A stretch of 33,440 nt of DNA from Herminiimonas sp. (GTDB lineage: Bacteria > Pseudomonadota > Gammaproteobacteria > Burkholderiales > Burkholderiaceae_D), in the NCBI GenBank assembly GCA_043753685.1, contig JAYUWF010000315.1:1-33440 (forward strand). The letters run 5' to 3'. Of the stretch, positions 15,989 through 25,235 are shown one piece after another; position 1 is the stretch's first letter; each line of letters starts with the position of its first letter. The position numbers and the translations under genes are program-made. The notes below the pieces were generated by a model that was not told the origin of the DNA, made no database searches, and saw only the letters and a program-made list of their open reading frames with translations.

Positions 15989-17109
15989 GTCGTGGTGCTC
16001 TCGTCCTTCAGCACGCCACGACGGATCTGGTCGAGTTCGATCGATTCGAACAGCGCGCGGAAATTGCCTTCGCCAAAACCCTGGTCGCCCTTGCGCTGGA
16101 TGATCTCGAAAAAGATCGGGCCGATCACGGTTTGCGTAAAGATCTGCAGCAGCAGCTCGCGCTGAGTGGCGTCGCTGGTACCGTCGACCAGGATGCGCAG
16201 GCGGCGCAGTTCTGCCAGGTCTTCGCCGTGGCCAGGCAAGCGCCGATCGATCAGGTCGTAATAGGTTTCGATCGTGTCCTGGAACACGACCTGGCGGTTC
16301 TTCATCTGTTCGATGGTGGCGTAAATGTCCTTCGTGCCCAGTGCGATGTGCTGGATGCCCTCGCCGTGATACAGGTCGAGGTATTCCGCGATCTGCGACT
16401 TGTCGTCCGAGGATTCATTGATCGGTATGCGAATCTTGCCGCACGGCGAAGTCATCGCCTTCGATTTCAGGCCGGTCAGTTTTCCTTCGATGTCGAAGTA
16501 ACGCGCCTCGCGGAAATTGAACAGGTTTTCATAGAACTCGGCCCACTCCTTCATGCGACCGCGATGCACATTGTGGGTCAGATGATCGATGTAGGTCAGG
16601 CCGTTGCCGAGGGGGTTTGCCTGGGCGCCGGGGATCGCCACGAAATCGACGTCGTAGATGCTGATGTCGCCGATCGCGCCAGCGTCGATGCCGCGCGCCG
16701 CATCCTTGCCGCGCCAGCGGTCGACGAAATAGATCAGCGAATCGCCGATGCCCTTGATGGCGGGTATGTTCAATTCCATCGGGCCGTTCTTGTTGTCGAA
16801 ACCCCAGGCGCCGAGTTCCAGCGCCCGGCGGTAGGCGGCCGCCGCATCGTCGACCCGGAATGCGATGGCGCAGATCGATGGCCCGTGGTGCCGTGCGAAA
16901 CGCTGCGCAAACGAATCCTGCTCGGCATTGATGATGAAATTGATTTCACCCTGACGGTACAGCGTCACGTCCTTGTGGCGATGGCGCGCGATGGCGGCAA
17001 ACCCCATTTGTTCGAACAGGGCGCCCAGTGCTTTCGGATCGGGTGCGGCGTACTCGATGAATTCGAATCCATCGGTGCCCATCGGGTTGTCCCAAGGCTG
17101 GAAGTCCAT
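15985..17109 (-). CDS. hpd: 4-hydroxyphenylpyruvate dioxygenase
   Basis: NPMGTDGFEFIEYAAPDP...YRQGEINFIIN...IDHLTHNV.RGRM..WA.FYE.LFNFRE.RYFDI...GEGIQH.A...QRKGD.GFGEGNF.ALFESIE.DQ.RRGVL. GGAG lies 9 nt upstream of the ATG at 17109, so the longer track ORF (to 17223) is an over-extension. Confidence 0.95.
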   Translation of the reverse strand: MDFQPWDNPMGTDGFEFIEYAAPDPKALGALFEQMGFAAIARHRHKDVTLYRQGEINFIINAEQDSFAQRFARHHGPSICAIAFRVDDAAAAYRRALELGAWGFDNKNGPMELNIPAIKGIGDSLIYFVDRWRGKDAARGIDAGAIGDISIYDVDFVAIPGAQANPLGNGLTYIDHLTHNVHRGRMKEWAEFYENLFNFREARYFDIEGKLTGLKSKAMTSPCGKIRIPINESSDDKSQIAEYLDLYHGEGIQHIALGTKDIYATIEQMKNRQVVFQDTIETYYDLIDRRLPGHGEDLAELRRLRILVDGTSDATQRELLLQIFTQTVIGPIFFEIIQRKGDQGFGEGNFRALFESIELDQIRRGVLKDESTTT

Positions 17110-17258
17110 GCGTGTCATCTCCTGAAATGGCGGCCGGCGGCGTGCGACCCATTGGCACGAGTGTAAGCCGCGCGCGGTGGCAGTTAATTGCAAATGACTC
17201 CCCGGAAGTCCACAATGACGCAATAATATGCCACCACCCCAACTCTTACAGGTCGATC

Positions 17259-17771
17259 ATGCCCGTATTCGCACTGGATAAAACTGATCGGAAGATTCTG
17301 TCGATTCTCCAGCAGGACGGCCGTTTGTCGAACCAGGAAGTCGCCGAGCGCGTCAACCTGTCGCCATCGCCCTGCCTGCGCCGCATCAAGCGTCTGGAAG
17401 AAGCCGGCGTGATCCGCCAATACGTTGCCCTGCTCGATCCGGACAAGATCGGTCTCGGCTTGCTGGCGTACGTCAACGTGCGCCTGGAAAAGCACAGCGA
17501 CGCGCCGCTGGCGGCAGCAGTCCATGCGAATCTGCATGCTGCCTCGCCGCGCGCCGATTTTGCGGTCTCGGTGGCGCATTGGCCGGAAGTGGTGGCCTGC
17601 TATGCGATGACGGGGGAAATGGATTATCTGTTGCGCGTGCATGTGGAGGACATGCAGCATTTTTCGCGCTTCATGATGGAGACGCTGCTGCGTCATCCGG
17701 CGGTGCTGGACGTGAAATCGAGCTTTGCGTTGCAGCGGGTGAAGGACACGACGGCGCTACCGCTGGTCTGA
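17259..17771 (+). CDS. Lrp/AsnC family transcriptional regulator
   Basis: HTH region LDKTDRKILSILQQDGRLSNQEVAERVNLSPSPCLRRIKRLEE.GVI and a C-terminal RAM domain (MTGEMDYLLRV). Divergent from hpd. ATG at 17259. Confidence 0.9.
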   Translation: MPVFALDKTDRKILSILQQDGRLSNQEVAERVNLSPSPCLRRIKRLEEAGVIRQYVALLDPDKIGLGLLAYVNVRLEKHSDAPLAAAVHANLHAASPRADFAVSVAHWPEVVACYAMTGEMDYLLRVHVEDMQHFSRFMMETLLRHPAVLDVKSSFALQRVKDTTALPLV

Positions 17772-17830
17772 GCCATGTCGGGCGAGCGGCGAAATGACGC
17801 GCCCGGCCCGACTTCCCCTGACCGCTCGGC

Positions 17831-18544
17831 TTACTTGTCGTCGTCTTTGAAGTTCGGCAGGTGGGCCGGCAGTTGCGACAGCCAGCGCGCGGCGGCACGG
17901 GTATTGGCGCGGATCGTGTAATCGAGGGAAGCGACCTGCTCTTCGACTGCTTCCTGCAGCATGCTGGCGGGATTGGCAGGGCTCAGCTTGAGGAAAGCAT
18001 CTGCTTCGCCATGGGCACGCTGGATCTGCATGCCGGCTTTTCGCGCGATGTGGATCATGGTCTGGTTCGACGACAAGCACTGCATGGCAAGCGTGTCGAC
18101 ATCTTCATTGCGGCAATGGATGGCGGCGCGTTCGAACAGCCGGGTGCCGATACCGCGACCGCGTGCGCTGGAAGATACCGACACGCCGAATTCGGCGATG
18201 CGTTCCTTCTCGGTAGCCGACGTGAATACCGGTTTTGTATCGCAGGGCACAAATGCCAGGTGCCCGACGCCCACCAGCTTCAAATCGGCATCGAAGACGC
18301 CGAACACCGTGTCACGGCTGAAATCGAGGCGCTGTACGTAGCGGGTAACCAGTTCGTCTGGCAACACGTTACCGAACCGTAGTAAGCGGTCGCTATCGGC
18401 GAGATCGAGAAAGTGCATCAGCAAGCGCCGACGATCACGCTCCGATAGTTCCTTTACGCGCACCACCGGCTGGCTGCGGCCGTGGTCCTGGTGCGGCTGC
18501 TGACTGCCGGAGACATTCCGTTGAAGTGTGTTCGACGAATTCAT
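17831..18544 (-). CDS. GNAT family N-acetyltransferase
   Basis: Acetyl-CoA-binding motif ARGRGIGTRLFERA plus surrounding GNAT-like strands. AGGGG lies 5 nt upstream of the ATG at 18544; the codon at 18547 is TTG. Confidence 0.8.
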   Translation of the reverse strand: MNSSNTLQRNVSGSQQPHQDHGRSQPVVRVKELSERDRRRLLMHFLDLADSDRLLRFGNVLPDELVTRYVQRLDFSRDTVFGVFDADLKLVGVGHLAFVPCDTKPVFTSATEKERIAEFGVSVSSSARGRGIGTRLFERAAIHCRNEDVDTLAMQCLSSNQTMIHIARKAGMQIQRAHGEADAFLKLSPANPASMLQEAVEEQVASLDYTIRANTRAAARWLSQLPAHLPNFKDDDK

Positions 18545-18731
18545 CAAGACCCCTTAGTGACGCGTCACGACCAGATTTATGGTGCGACGCACAAACGCAT
18601 TGTAGGCGATACCGGCAGCTTATTCCAGAGCGGTTCACCTTAATTTGCGATTGGATAGAATCTTGACAAATTTGTAATTAAAAATTAGCAGGGCGCGAAT
18701 GATTTCGGGTGGCAATTAGCCGCGCCAGCGA

Positions 18732-19892
18732 TCAAGCCGGGAACTGGCCTGCCACGCTCGCCACCCGTGCCGCGCGCACGGCATCGTTGATGCGTTGCGG
18801 TTGATCAGGGTGGGTTTGTGACACCGCACGCGCGACGGTGCCGGCGTCGACGCTGCGCGCAGCGGCCAGTGCAGCGTGCCAATCCGCGGTGGTCACGGCG
18901 CCTCGCGACGCGGGTTCGACGAAATCTAGCACTTCGAGCAATTGATGAAAGCGCGCCGGCTTGCGAAAGGCGTCGCAACGTTCCAGCGTTGCCACCATCT
19001 CCGGAGCTGTGCGCGACCCGGTGCGCACAGCGCGGCGTTCACGCGCGCTCATGACGGCCAGGTCGCGGCATTCGCCCGGTACCTTCAAGCGTGCGCAGGC
19101 CGCCTCGACGGCATCCGTGCCGCCCGCGTCATCCGTAGCAGTCTGCAGCAGAACCGCAAGTCGCACCGGCAGCGCCGCTTGCGCACCGGCGGCGGCATCG
19201 AGCGGGGCCAGCACCGCTGCAACCGTCGACCGTTCGTCCGATGTTCCTGGCGACGTGGCCAGCGGCGCCAGCATCGGCAACAGGCGCGCCAGGGCGCCAC
19301 ATTCCCGCAAGACGTCGAGCATCCTCGACGGCACGCCTTCCATCAGGCCCTTGGAAAATTCTTGCCAGACCCGCTCCGGCACCAGCGCATCGACTTCCCC
19401 GCTGTCGACCATCGCCCGCATCAGCGCCGCAGTCTCGGGCGCCACCGTGAAGTGCGTGAAGCGCGCGGCAAAGCGCGCCAGCCGCAGGATGCGCACCGGG
19501 TCTTCCAGGAATGCCGGCGAGACGTGCCGCAAAATGCCCGCCTGCAGATCGCGCTGGCCGTGGAATGGATCGACCAGGGTGCCGTCCTCGGCTTCGGCCA
19601 TGGCATTGATGGTCAGGTCGCGCCGCGCCAGGTCCTGTTCCAGTGTGACCTCGGCATTGGCGTGAAAGACGAAGCCGCGATAGCCGGGCGCGGTCTTGCG
19701 CTCGGTGCGTGCCAGGGCATGTTCTTCATGCGTCTGCGGATGCAGGAAGACCGGAAAGTCCTTGCCGACCGGCGTATAACCCTGCGCCAGCATCTGTTCG
19801 GGCGTGGCGCCAACGACCACATAATCACGATCCTGCACCGGCAGGCCGAGCAGGCGGTCGCGCACCGCGCCGCCGACCAGATAGCGCTGCAT
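18732..19892 (-). CDS. cca: CCA-adding tRNA nucleotidyltransferase (class II) with a degenerate C-terminal HD region
   Basis: [50 protein letters not shown] and RRDLTINA are collinear with E. coli Cca. Start at the ATG at 19892, with 19907 as alternative. Confidence 0.9.
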   Translation of the reverse strand: MQRYLVGGAVRDRLLGLPVQDRDYVVVGATPEQMLAQGYTPVGKDFPVFLHPQTHEEHALARTERKTAPGYRGFVFHANAEVTLEQDLARRDLTINAMAEAEDGTLVDPFHGQRDLQAGILRHVSPAFLEDPVRILRLARFAARFTHFTVAPETAALMRAMVDSGEVDALVPERVWQEFSKGLMEGVPSRMLDVLRECGALARLLPMLAPLATSPGTSDERSTVAAVLAPLDAAAGAQAALPVRLAVLLQTATDDAGGTDAVEAACARLKVPGECRDLAVMSARERRAVRTGSRTAPEMVATLERCDAFRKPARFHQLLEVLDFVEPASRGAVTTADWHAALAAARSVDAGTVARAVSQTHPDQPQRINDAVRAARVASVAGQFPA

Positions 19893-19918
19893 GGATCCGT
19901 CTTGCATGGGTGGCCGGC

Positions 19919-20632
19919 TCAGTCCGGGTATGTGTCGTACTTGGCGGCGGTCTCGGTCTCGGCCAGTGCGCCGGCGATCCATTGCGCAACTGCCGGATGC
20001 GCCGCGACCCGATCCACGTATGCCTGCAGCGCCGGGGCCAAGGACACGTCATAGGTGCGGAAGCGCATCACCACCGGCGCATAGAAAGCGTCGGCAATCG
20101 AGAATTCGCCGAACAGGAAATCGTTCGGGCCGCTGCGCGACATGCAGTCTTCCCAGATTTCGCAGATGCGGCCGATGTCGCCCTGGGCGCCGGGAGTGCG
20201 GCCCTTGCCCGGAAAACGGGCGCGAATGTTCATCCACATCGCCTGGCGCAGATCACCGAAGCCCGAATGCATTTCGGCGCACACCGAGCGCGCCAGGGCG
20301 CGGCACACCACGTCGCGTGGCCACATGTTTTTTTCAGGGAATTGCTCGGCCAGATATTCGCAGATGGCCAGCGAATCCCAGATCGCGGTCTCGCCCACCA
20401 CCAGCACCGGCACCCGTCCCGCCGAAGAATACTGCGCGATGAGGGTCGCCGTGTCCGGGCGATCGAGCACCACCCGCACTTCCTTGAACGGTATGTTGAA
20501 GGCCGTCATCGCTACCCACGGCCGCATCGACCAGGTCGAATAATTCTTGTTGCCGATGACCAGGGTCAGGCCGGTTTTTTCAGCCTGATCCAGTGTTTGC
20601 GACAGGGTAGGATCGAGTTCGGTAGTTTGCAT
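19919..20632 (-). CDS. Glutathione S-transferase family protein (YfcF-like)
   Basis: N-terminal thioredoxin-like part ([10 protein letters not shown]...[23 protein letters not shown]) and a helical C-terminal GST domain. ATG at 20632. Confidence 0.85.
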   Translation of the reverse strand: MQTTELDPTLSQTLDQAEKTGLTLVIGNKNYSTWSMRPWVAMTAFNIPFKEVRVVLDRPDTATLIAQYSSAGRVPVLVVGETAIWDSLAICEYLAEQFPEKNMWPRDVVCRALARSVCAEMHSGFGDLRQAMWMNIRARFPGKGRTPGAQGDIGRICEIWEDCMSRSGPNDFLFGEFSIADAFYAPVVMRFRTYDVSLAPALQAYVDRVAAHPAVAQWIAGALAETETAAKYDTYPD

Positions 20633-20703
20633 GGCGCGTCAGATAGAGTGAAAGGATGGAAGCACAGCAGCCGGTCGCACTGGGCGCGCCGGTGAGGACC
20701 TTT

Positions 20704-20727
20704 GCGCATTCAGCGGCGCATTCAGCG
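20704..20727. repeat. Perfect 12-bp x 2 tandem duplication (gcgcattcagcg)
   Basis: Read directly from the sequence. The second copy contains the stop codon (20722-20724) and the last two codons of the NDUFA9-like gene. Confidence 0.9.
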
Positions 20728-21669
20728 ATTGTGCGCCAGATACCGCGGCGCCACGGCTTCCAGCGGTGTCGGCGTGATGCCCAGCTCGGGCGCGATCGGT
20801 CCGGATGCAATGTTATCTTGCTTCATCGAGTCCAGATTGTCGCGGCTCATGAGCGGACCGCCCGGCATCCATTCCAGGGCCAGCGCCTGCAGCCTTGCGA
20901 GTGCGGGTGGCAGACCGATCACCGGTCGCGCATGCCCGGCATATTCGCCGGCCAGCTGCACCAGTTCTTTCAGGGTATAGACCTTCGGACCGGCCAGTTC
21001 ATACACCTTGCCGAAGGTAGAAGGATGTTCCAGGGCGTTGACGAAGGCCTGGGCCACGTCGCCCACGTACACCGGCTGGAAGCGGGCATCGGCGCCGCCG
21101 AGCGGCATGACGGGAAAAAATTTCTGCAGTTTTGCAAACAGGTTCAGGAACTGGTCTTCCGGGCCGAACACCACCGACGGCCGGAACACGGTGGTCTCCA
21201 GGCCGGGCGCAAAGGCAGCCGCTTCGCCGTCGGCCTTGGAGCGCAGATACATCGACGGGCCCTGCGCCGAGGCGCCCAGCGCACTCATGTGCAGATAGCG
21301 GTGCACGCCGTTGGCCAGGCAGGCGGCGACGATCTTTTTTGGCAGTTCGACATGCGCACGGGCGAAAGCGGGGCCGTACTTCGATCCGGCGGCGCCATGA
21401 CCGGAATGCAGGACGCCGACCAGGTTGATGACCGCATCGACCTCGCGCATCATGCGCGACAGGACCGCCGGATCGTGGACATCGGCTTCGACCACTTCGA
21501 CTGTCGGCAGCACCGCAAACCTGCGCGAGCGGCTCTGATGCCGGGTCGGCACGATCACGCGGCGGCCGCCGGCGGCCAGTTGCGCTACCAGGTGGGCGCC
21601 GATGAATCCGGTACCGCCGACCACCAGTATCGAGGGATAGCGCATGGCGCCGGCGTTGAGATCGATCAT
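20722..21669 (-). CDS. NAD(P)H-binding, complex I NDUFA9-like atypical SDR (NmrA/epimerase-like)
   Basis: ILVVGGTGFIGAHLV Rossmann motif, about 315 aa, YLRSKADGE region. Start is either the ATG at 21669 (AGGA 8 nt upstream) or the ATG at 21645. Confidence 0.85.
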   Translation of the reverse strand: MIDLNAGAMRYPSILVVGGTGFIGAHLVAQLAAGGRRVIVPTRHQSRSRRFAVLPTVEVVEADVHDPAVLSRMMREVDAVINLVGVLHSGHGAAGSKYGPAFARAHVELPKKIVAACLANGVHRYLHMSALGASAQGPSMYLRSKADGEAAAFAPGLETTVFRPSVVFGPEDQFLNLFAKLQKFFPVMPLGGADARFQPVYVGDVAQAFVNALEHPSTFGKVYELAGPKVYTLKELVQLAGEYAGHARPVIGLPPALARLQALALEWMPGGPLMSRDNLDSMKQDNIASGPIAPELGITPTPLEAVAPRYLAHNR

Positions 21670-21682
21670 GGGAAAAATCCTG

Positions 21683-23641
21683 TCAGGGCAATTCGGACGC
21701 GACAAACCCTTTCGGCGCCACCGATCCCAGTCGGGACTTCAGCGATTGCGGTTGATTGTCGAACAAGGCAGCATAATACGTTGCATTCGACAAAACGTTT
21801 TTGACGTAGCCGCGCGTCTCTGCAAAGGGAATCGATTCGGCGAAAATCGCGCCTTCCACCGCGCGCGGCAGGGTTGCCCGCCACGCCCGTGGACGGCCCG
21901 GCCCGGCATTGTAGGCAGCGGTGGCCAGCGCCTGCGAACCATCCAGGTCGCTCAGCACCATGCGCAGATAATTCGCGCCGAGCCGGATGTTGACCGGTAT
22001 GTCGTTGACCTGGTTCGCGGTGAACCCCTCCATGCCGATCTTGCGCGCCACGAAGCTGGCGGTCGCCGGCATCAGCTGCATCAGGCCGGAAGCGCCGACG
22101 TGTGAGCGCGCATTCAGGATGAAACGCGATTCCTGCCGGATCAGGCCGTACACCCACGCCACATCCAGCCCGAGTGGCTGCGCATTGGCGCGCATGATGT
22201 CGGCATAGGGCGAGGGAAAGCGCTGGGTGTAATCGACCGCGACCTGGGTCCGGTCGGAGGTGTTGACCATGCGGTCGAGCAGGTTGACCTGGCGCGCGAA
22301 TTCTGCCGCGGCCAGGTGCTGGCGCTCGTTCATGCGGCGCAGTTCCCAGTTCCACTCGCGATAGCCTTCAAAGCGCAGGTTCAGGTCGAAGAATTTCATG
22401 GCGCGCTTGAACCCGGGGTTCTGCGCCATCGGCGCCAGCTCTTCGGCTGTCAACGGCGCCGGGCGTGCCGGCAACACAATCTTTTGCCCGAGTTCTTCCA
22501 GCGCCAGCTGGCCGTAGAAGCCGGAGATCGCCGAGATCGACTGGAACTGCAATTGCGCATCCTGCGTGCGGCCCTCGTTCTGCAGCGCGCGGGCATGCCA
22601 GTAGATCCAGGCGCTGTCGGCGCGCAGCGCCGGCGGCATTGCCTCGATCGCAGCCTTGACGAACTTCCAGTCGCCGGCGCGCAATGCCGAGCGCACCTGC
22701 CATTGATAGCCGTCCTGCGACAGCGGCGCGCCCATTGCCTTGCGCCAGTACGCCATGGCGTCCGGCGCCAGCTTGATGGCGGCCTGCAGCGCGATCTGGG
22801 CCCAACCCAGCGAGCGTTCGGCGGGCGTCAACTGTTCGCCGGCCAGCAGCAGCGCATTGGCGGCATCGGCGGGATTGTTGCGCGCGCTGCGCCCGAGGGC
22901 GACGATGAAGGCTTCATGCGCGGTGCGGCCGGCGCCAACGCCGCGCGAGAGCACCGTATCGGGTTTTTCGAGTGCCCGCACGATCAGGGTTTCGGGTGCT
23001 TCGGCCTGCAGCACAAGACGCCTGGCAACGCCGAGATTGCCGGCTTCGGCCGCCAGGCGTACCTGCGCCCAGACATCCGACACTGAAAACTGTCCGTTCT
23101 GCAGCAGCGTCACCACCAGGGTCGAGCAAGCGTCGCCGTAATTCGAGGTCGACGTCAGATGCGCGCGCGCTTCGTCAGCCACCTTCTGGCCCTTCAGGGC
23201 GCTCGAGAGCAAGGCATAGCACTTGAGTTGCGAATCGTCGTTGAGGACGAACTGCGGATACTGTTCATCGAAGAGGGCCCAGTTACGGGTGCGGCCGAGT
23301 TCCAGCAACCAGTCGTTGCGCATCCGGTCGGCAATCGCGGTGCGTTCGTAGCGGGTCAGGAAGGCGCGTATTTCACCCGGCGCAGCATCGCGCAAGCGCA
23401 CCTTGAGGCGGTAATAATCGACGTAGGAGGGAATCGTATAATTGGGCAGCCGGTCGGCCAGCGCGAAGGCGGTCGCGGCGTCGTCCCGGCGCACTGCTTC
23501 GCGCAACGCGACGAAGGTGTCGTCGTCGGTGGCATAAGTGCTGCTGCCCCTGGCCGATTGCGCACTGGCCGGGAAGCTTCCAAGGGCGATTCCGATAAGC
23601 ATTGCAACTGCAACACCACGCGCCAAGTTTCTATGACTCAT
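21683..23641 (-). CDS. slt: Soluble lytic murein transglycosylase (Slt70-like)
   Basis: Signal peptide, a long helical superhelix N-terminal domain, and a C-terminal SLT catalytic domain (ESRF...GASGLMQLMPATA...AAYNAGPGR). ATG at 23641; the track start at 23659 is TTG. Confidence 0.9.
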   Translation of the reverse strand: MSHRNLARGVAVAMLIGIALGSFPASAQSARGSSTYATDDDTFVALREAVRRDDAATAFALADRLPNYTIPSYVDYYRLKVRLRDAAPGEIRAFLTRYERTAIADRMRNDWLLELGRTRNWALFDEQYPQFVLNDDSQLKCYALLSSALKGQKVADEARAHLTSTSNYGDACSTLVVTLLQNGQFSVSDVWAQVRLAAEAGNLGVARRLVLQAEAPETLIVRALEKPDTVLSRGVGAGRTAHEAFIVALGRSARNNPADAANALLLAGEQLTPAERSLGWAQIALQAAIKLAPDAMAYWRKAMGAPLSQDGYQWQVRSALRAGDWKFVKAAIEAMPPALRADSAWIYWHARALQNEGRTQDAQLQFQSISAISGFYGQLALEELGQKIVLPARPAPLTAEELAPMAQNPGFKRAMKFFDLNLRFEGYREWNWELRRMNERQHLAAAEFARQVNLLDRMVNTSDRTQVAVDYTQRFPSPYADIMRANAQPLGLDVAWVYGLIRQESRFILNARSHVGASGLMQLMPATASFVARKIGMEGFTANQVNDIPVNIRLGANYLRMVLSDLDGSQALATAAYNAGPGRPRAWRATLPRAVEGAIFAESIPFAETRGYVKNVLSNATYYAALFDNQPQSLKSRLGSVAPKGFVASELP

Positions 23642-23666
23642 TGCTTTATTTTCTTTCAAAATACGA

Positions 23667-24281
23667 ATGCCGACCGGGTCGAGGATAGCACGTGAAAACG
23701 CTGCAACTGTGGTGGAAAAGGTGCATGTGAAACATCAATCAAAGCGCGATTTGCGCGCGAGTCTGCTCAATGCCCGTGCAGCCTTGCCGGATGCCGAACG
23801 GTGCGCGCATGACGATGCGATCGGCACGGCTGTTGTGACCTGGTTACGACGGCATCCGGTTCAGGTGTTGGGGGTGTATTGGCCGATCCGGGCAGAGCCG
23901 GACTTGCGCGGGTCATATGCGCAGCTGGCGGCCGCAGGGGTGCAGCTGGCACTACCGGTGGTGGCAGGCAAAGCGGCGCCGCTGGTGTTTGCACGATGGA
24001 CGCCGGGCGACCCTGTCGAGATCGACCGCTGGGGCATCGCCACACCCGTGACCACCATCCACATCGCACCGCAGGCGTTGCTGATTCCGTGTGTCGGTTT
24101 CGACGGGCGCGGTTTTCGGATCGGGTACGGCGGAGGGTTCTATGACCGTACGCTGGCGGCCGATCCGCGACTGGAAGCCATCGGCATTGCGTATGCCTGT
24201 GGCCGAGTGGATTTTGAAGTGGAAACCCACGACCGGGCGATGGACGTGGTGATCACTGAGACCGGCGTTACGCCGGAATGA
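23667..24281 (+). CDS. 5-formyltetrahydrofolate cyclo-ligase
   Basis: KRDLRASLL...LGVYWPIRAEPD...IPCVGFDGRGFRIGYGGGFYDRTLA. By homology the true start may be the GTG at 23721 or 23727 rather than the ATG at 23667. Confidence 0.85.
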   Translation: MPTGSRIARENAATVVEKVHVKHQSKRDLRASLLNARAALPDAERCAHDDAIGTAVVTWLRRHPVQVLGVYWPIRAEPDLRGSYAQLAAAGVQLALPVVAGKAAPLVFARWTPGDPVEIDRWGIATPVTTIHIAPQALLIPCVGFDGRGFRIGYGGGFYDRTLAADPRLEAIGIAYACGRVDFEVETHDRAMDVVITETGVTPE

Positions 24282-25113
24282 GCCCGCGCCAGACCGCCGT
24301 GGTGGCGGCAGCCTGGTTCAAGGTATAGAAATGCAGGCCCGGTGCGCCGCCGGCCAGAAGCCGCTCGCACAGCGCCGTGACCACGTCCAGGCCGAAGGCC
24401 CGGATCGACACCGCATCGTCGCCATAGCTGGCCAGTTTCAGGCGCACCCAGCGCGGTATCTCGGCGCCGCACATCTCTGAAAACCGCAGCAGCTGCGTGT
24501 AGTTCGTGATCGGCATGATGCCAGCCACGATCGGTACGTCGACGCCGGCGCGCCGCGCTTCGTCGACGAAGCGGAAATAAGCGTCGGCATTGTAAAAATA
24601 CTGGGTAATGGCGGCATTCGCGCCAGCCTTCACCTTGCGCGCAAAATGCTGCATGTCGTCGTGCGGCGACTTTGCCTGCGGATGCATTTCCGGGTAGGCC
24701 GCCACTTCGATGTGGAACCAGTCGCCGGTCTCGGCGCGGATGAATTCGACCAGTTCGTTGGCATACCGAAATTCGCCCGAAGCGAAATCGACCGCGCCAT
24801 AACCGCTCGGCAGATCGCCGCGCAGCGCCACCAGGCGGCGAATATCCTGCGCCTGGTACTGCGCCAGGATCTCCCGCACGCTCTCGCGCGAACTGCCCAG
24901 GCACGACAGATGCGGCGCGGCTTCCAGGCCGTCGCGGCGGATATCGATGACGGTGTCGAGCGTGCCTTGCTGGGTCGAGCCGCCGGCGCCGAAGGTCACC
25001 GAAAAATAGCGCGGCTTCAAGCTCGCCAAGGCCTGGCGCGTGGCGCGCAGTTTGGCCACGCCCTCGGGCGTCTTGGGAGGAAAGAATTCGATGCTGAAAT
25101 TTGGATCGGTCAT
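24268..25113 (-). CDS. metF: Methylenetetrahydrofolate reductase
   Basis: FSIEFFPPKTPEG...YFSVTFGAGGST...APHLSC. ATG at 25113; the codon at 25128 is TTG. The 3' end overlaps the convergent 5-FCL gene by 14 nt. Confidence 0.95.
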   Translation of the reverse strand: MTDPNFSIEFFPPKTPEGVAKLRATRQALASLKPRYFSVTFGAGGSTQQGTLDTVIDIRRDGLEAAPHLSCLGSSRESVREILAQYQAQDIRRLVALRGDLPSGYGAVDFASGEFRYANELVEFIRAETGDWFHIEVAAYPEMHPQAKSPHDDMQHFARKVKAGANAAITQYFYNADAYFRFVDEARRAGVDVPIVAGIMPITNYTQLLRFSEMCGAEIPRWVRLKLASYGDDAVSIRAFGLDVVTALCERLLAGGAPGLHFYTLNQAAATTAVWRGLIPA

Positions 25114-25235
25114 TTTTATCAGAAACAAGCTGACAGTTTGCCAAGCCGTCCGCCCCGGTCGAACGACCGTGGCGGATGCGATGCTCAGCAGGAATTGCGC
25201 GGATGGTCAATAACGATCAACAACGCTCAACCCGA

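Noticed and set aside
15772-17166. A 464-aa plus-strand ORF spanning hpd and the start of phhA.
   Set aside because: It is antisense to two clearly homologous enzymes, has low-complexity Arg/Ala/Asp composition, and has no RBS or family signature.
17259-18544. The GNAT gene next to a small DNA-binding protein gene, considered as a GNAT-type toxin-antitoxin pair.
   Set aside because: The genes are convergent rather than co-transcribed. The DNA-binding protein is a full Lrp/AsnC regulator paired with hpd. The GNAT protein (237 aa) is much larger than TacT/AtaT-type toxins.
18942-21804. A series of long plus-strand ORFs (18942-20054, 19709-20695, 20656-21804).
   Set aside because: They are antisense to cca, the GST gene and the NDUFA9-like gene. 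Their products are Arg/Gly/His-rich with no motifs, while each opposite strand carries a recognisable family signature.
25149-25176. A hairpin (tccgccccggtcgaacgaccgtggcgga) between ahcY and metF, considered as a terminator or attenuator.
   Set aside because: No U-tract follows it on the coding (minus) strand, and metF has no obvious promoter of its own. It is more likely an intercistronic stabilising structure, and I cannot support a regulatory call.
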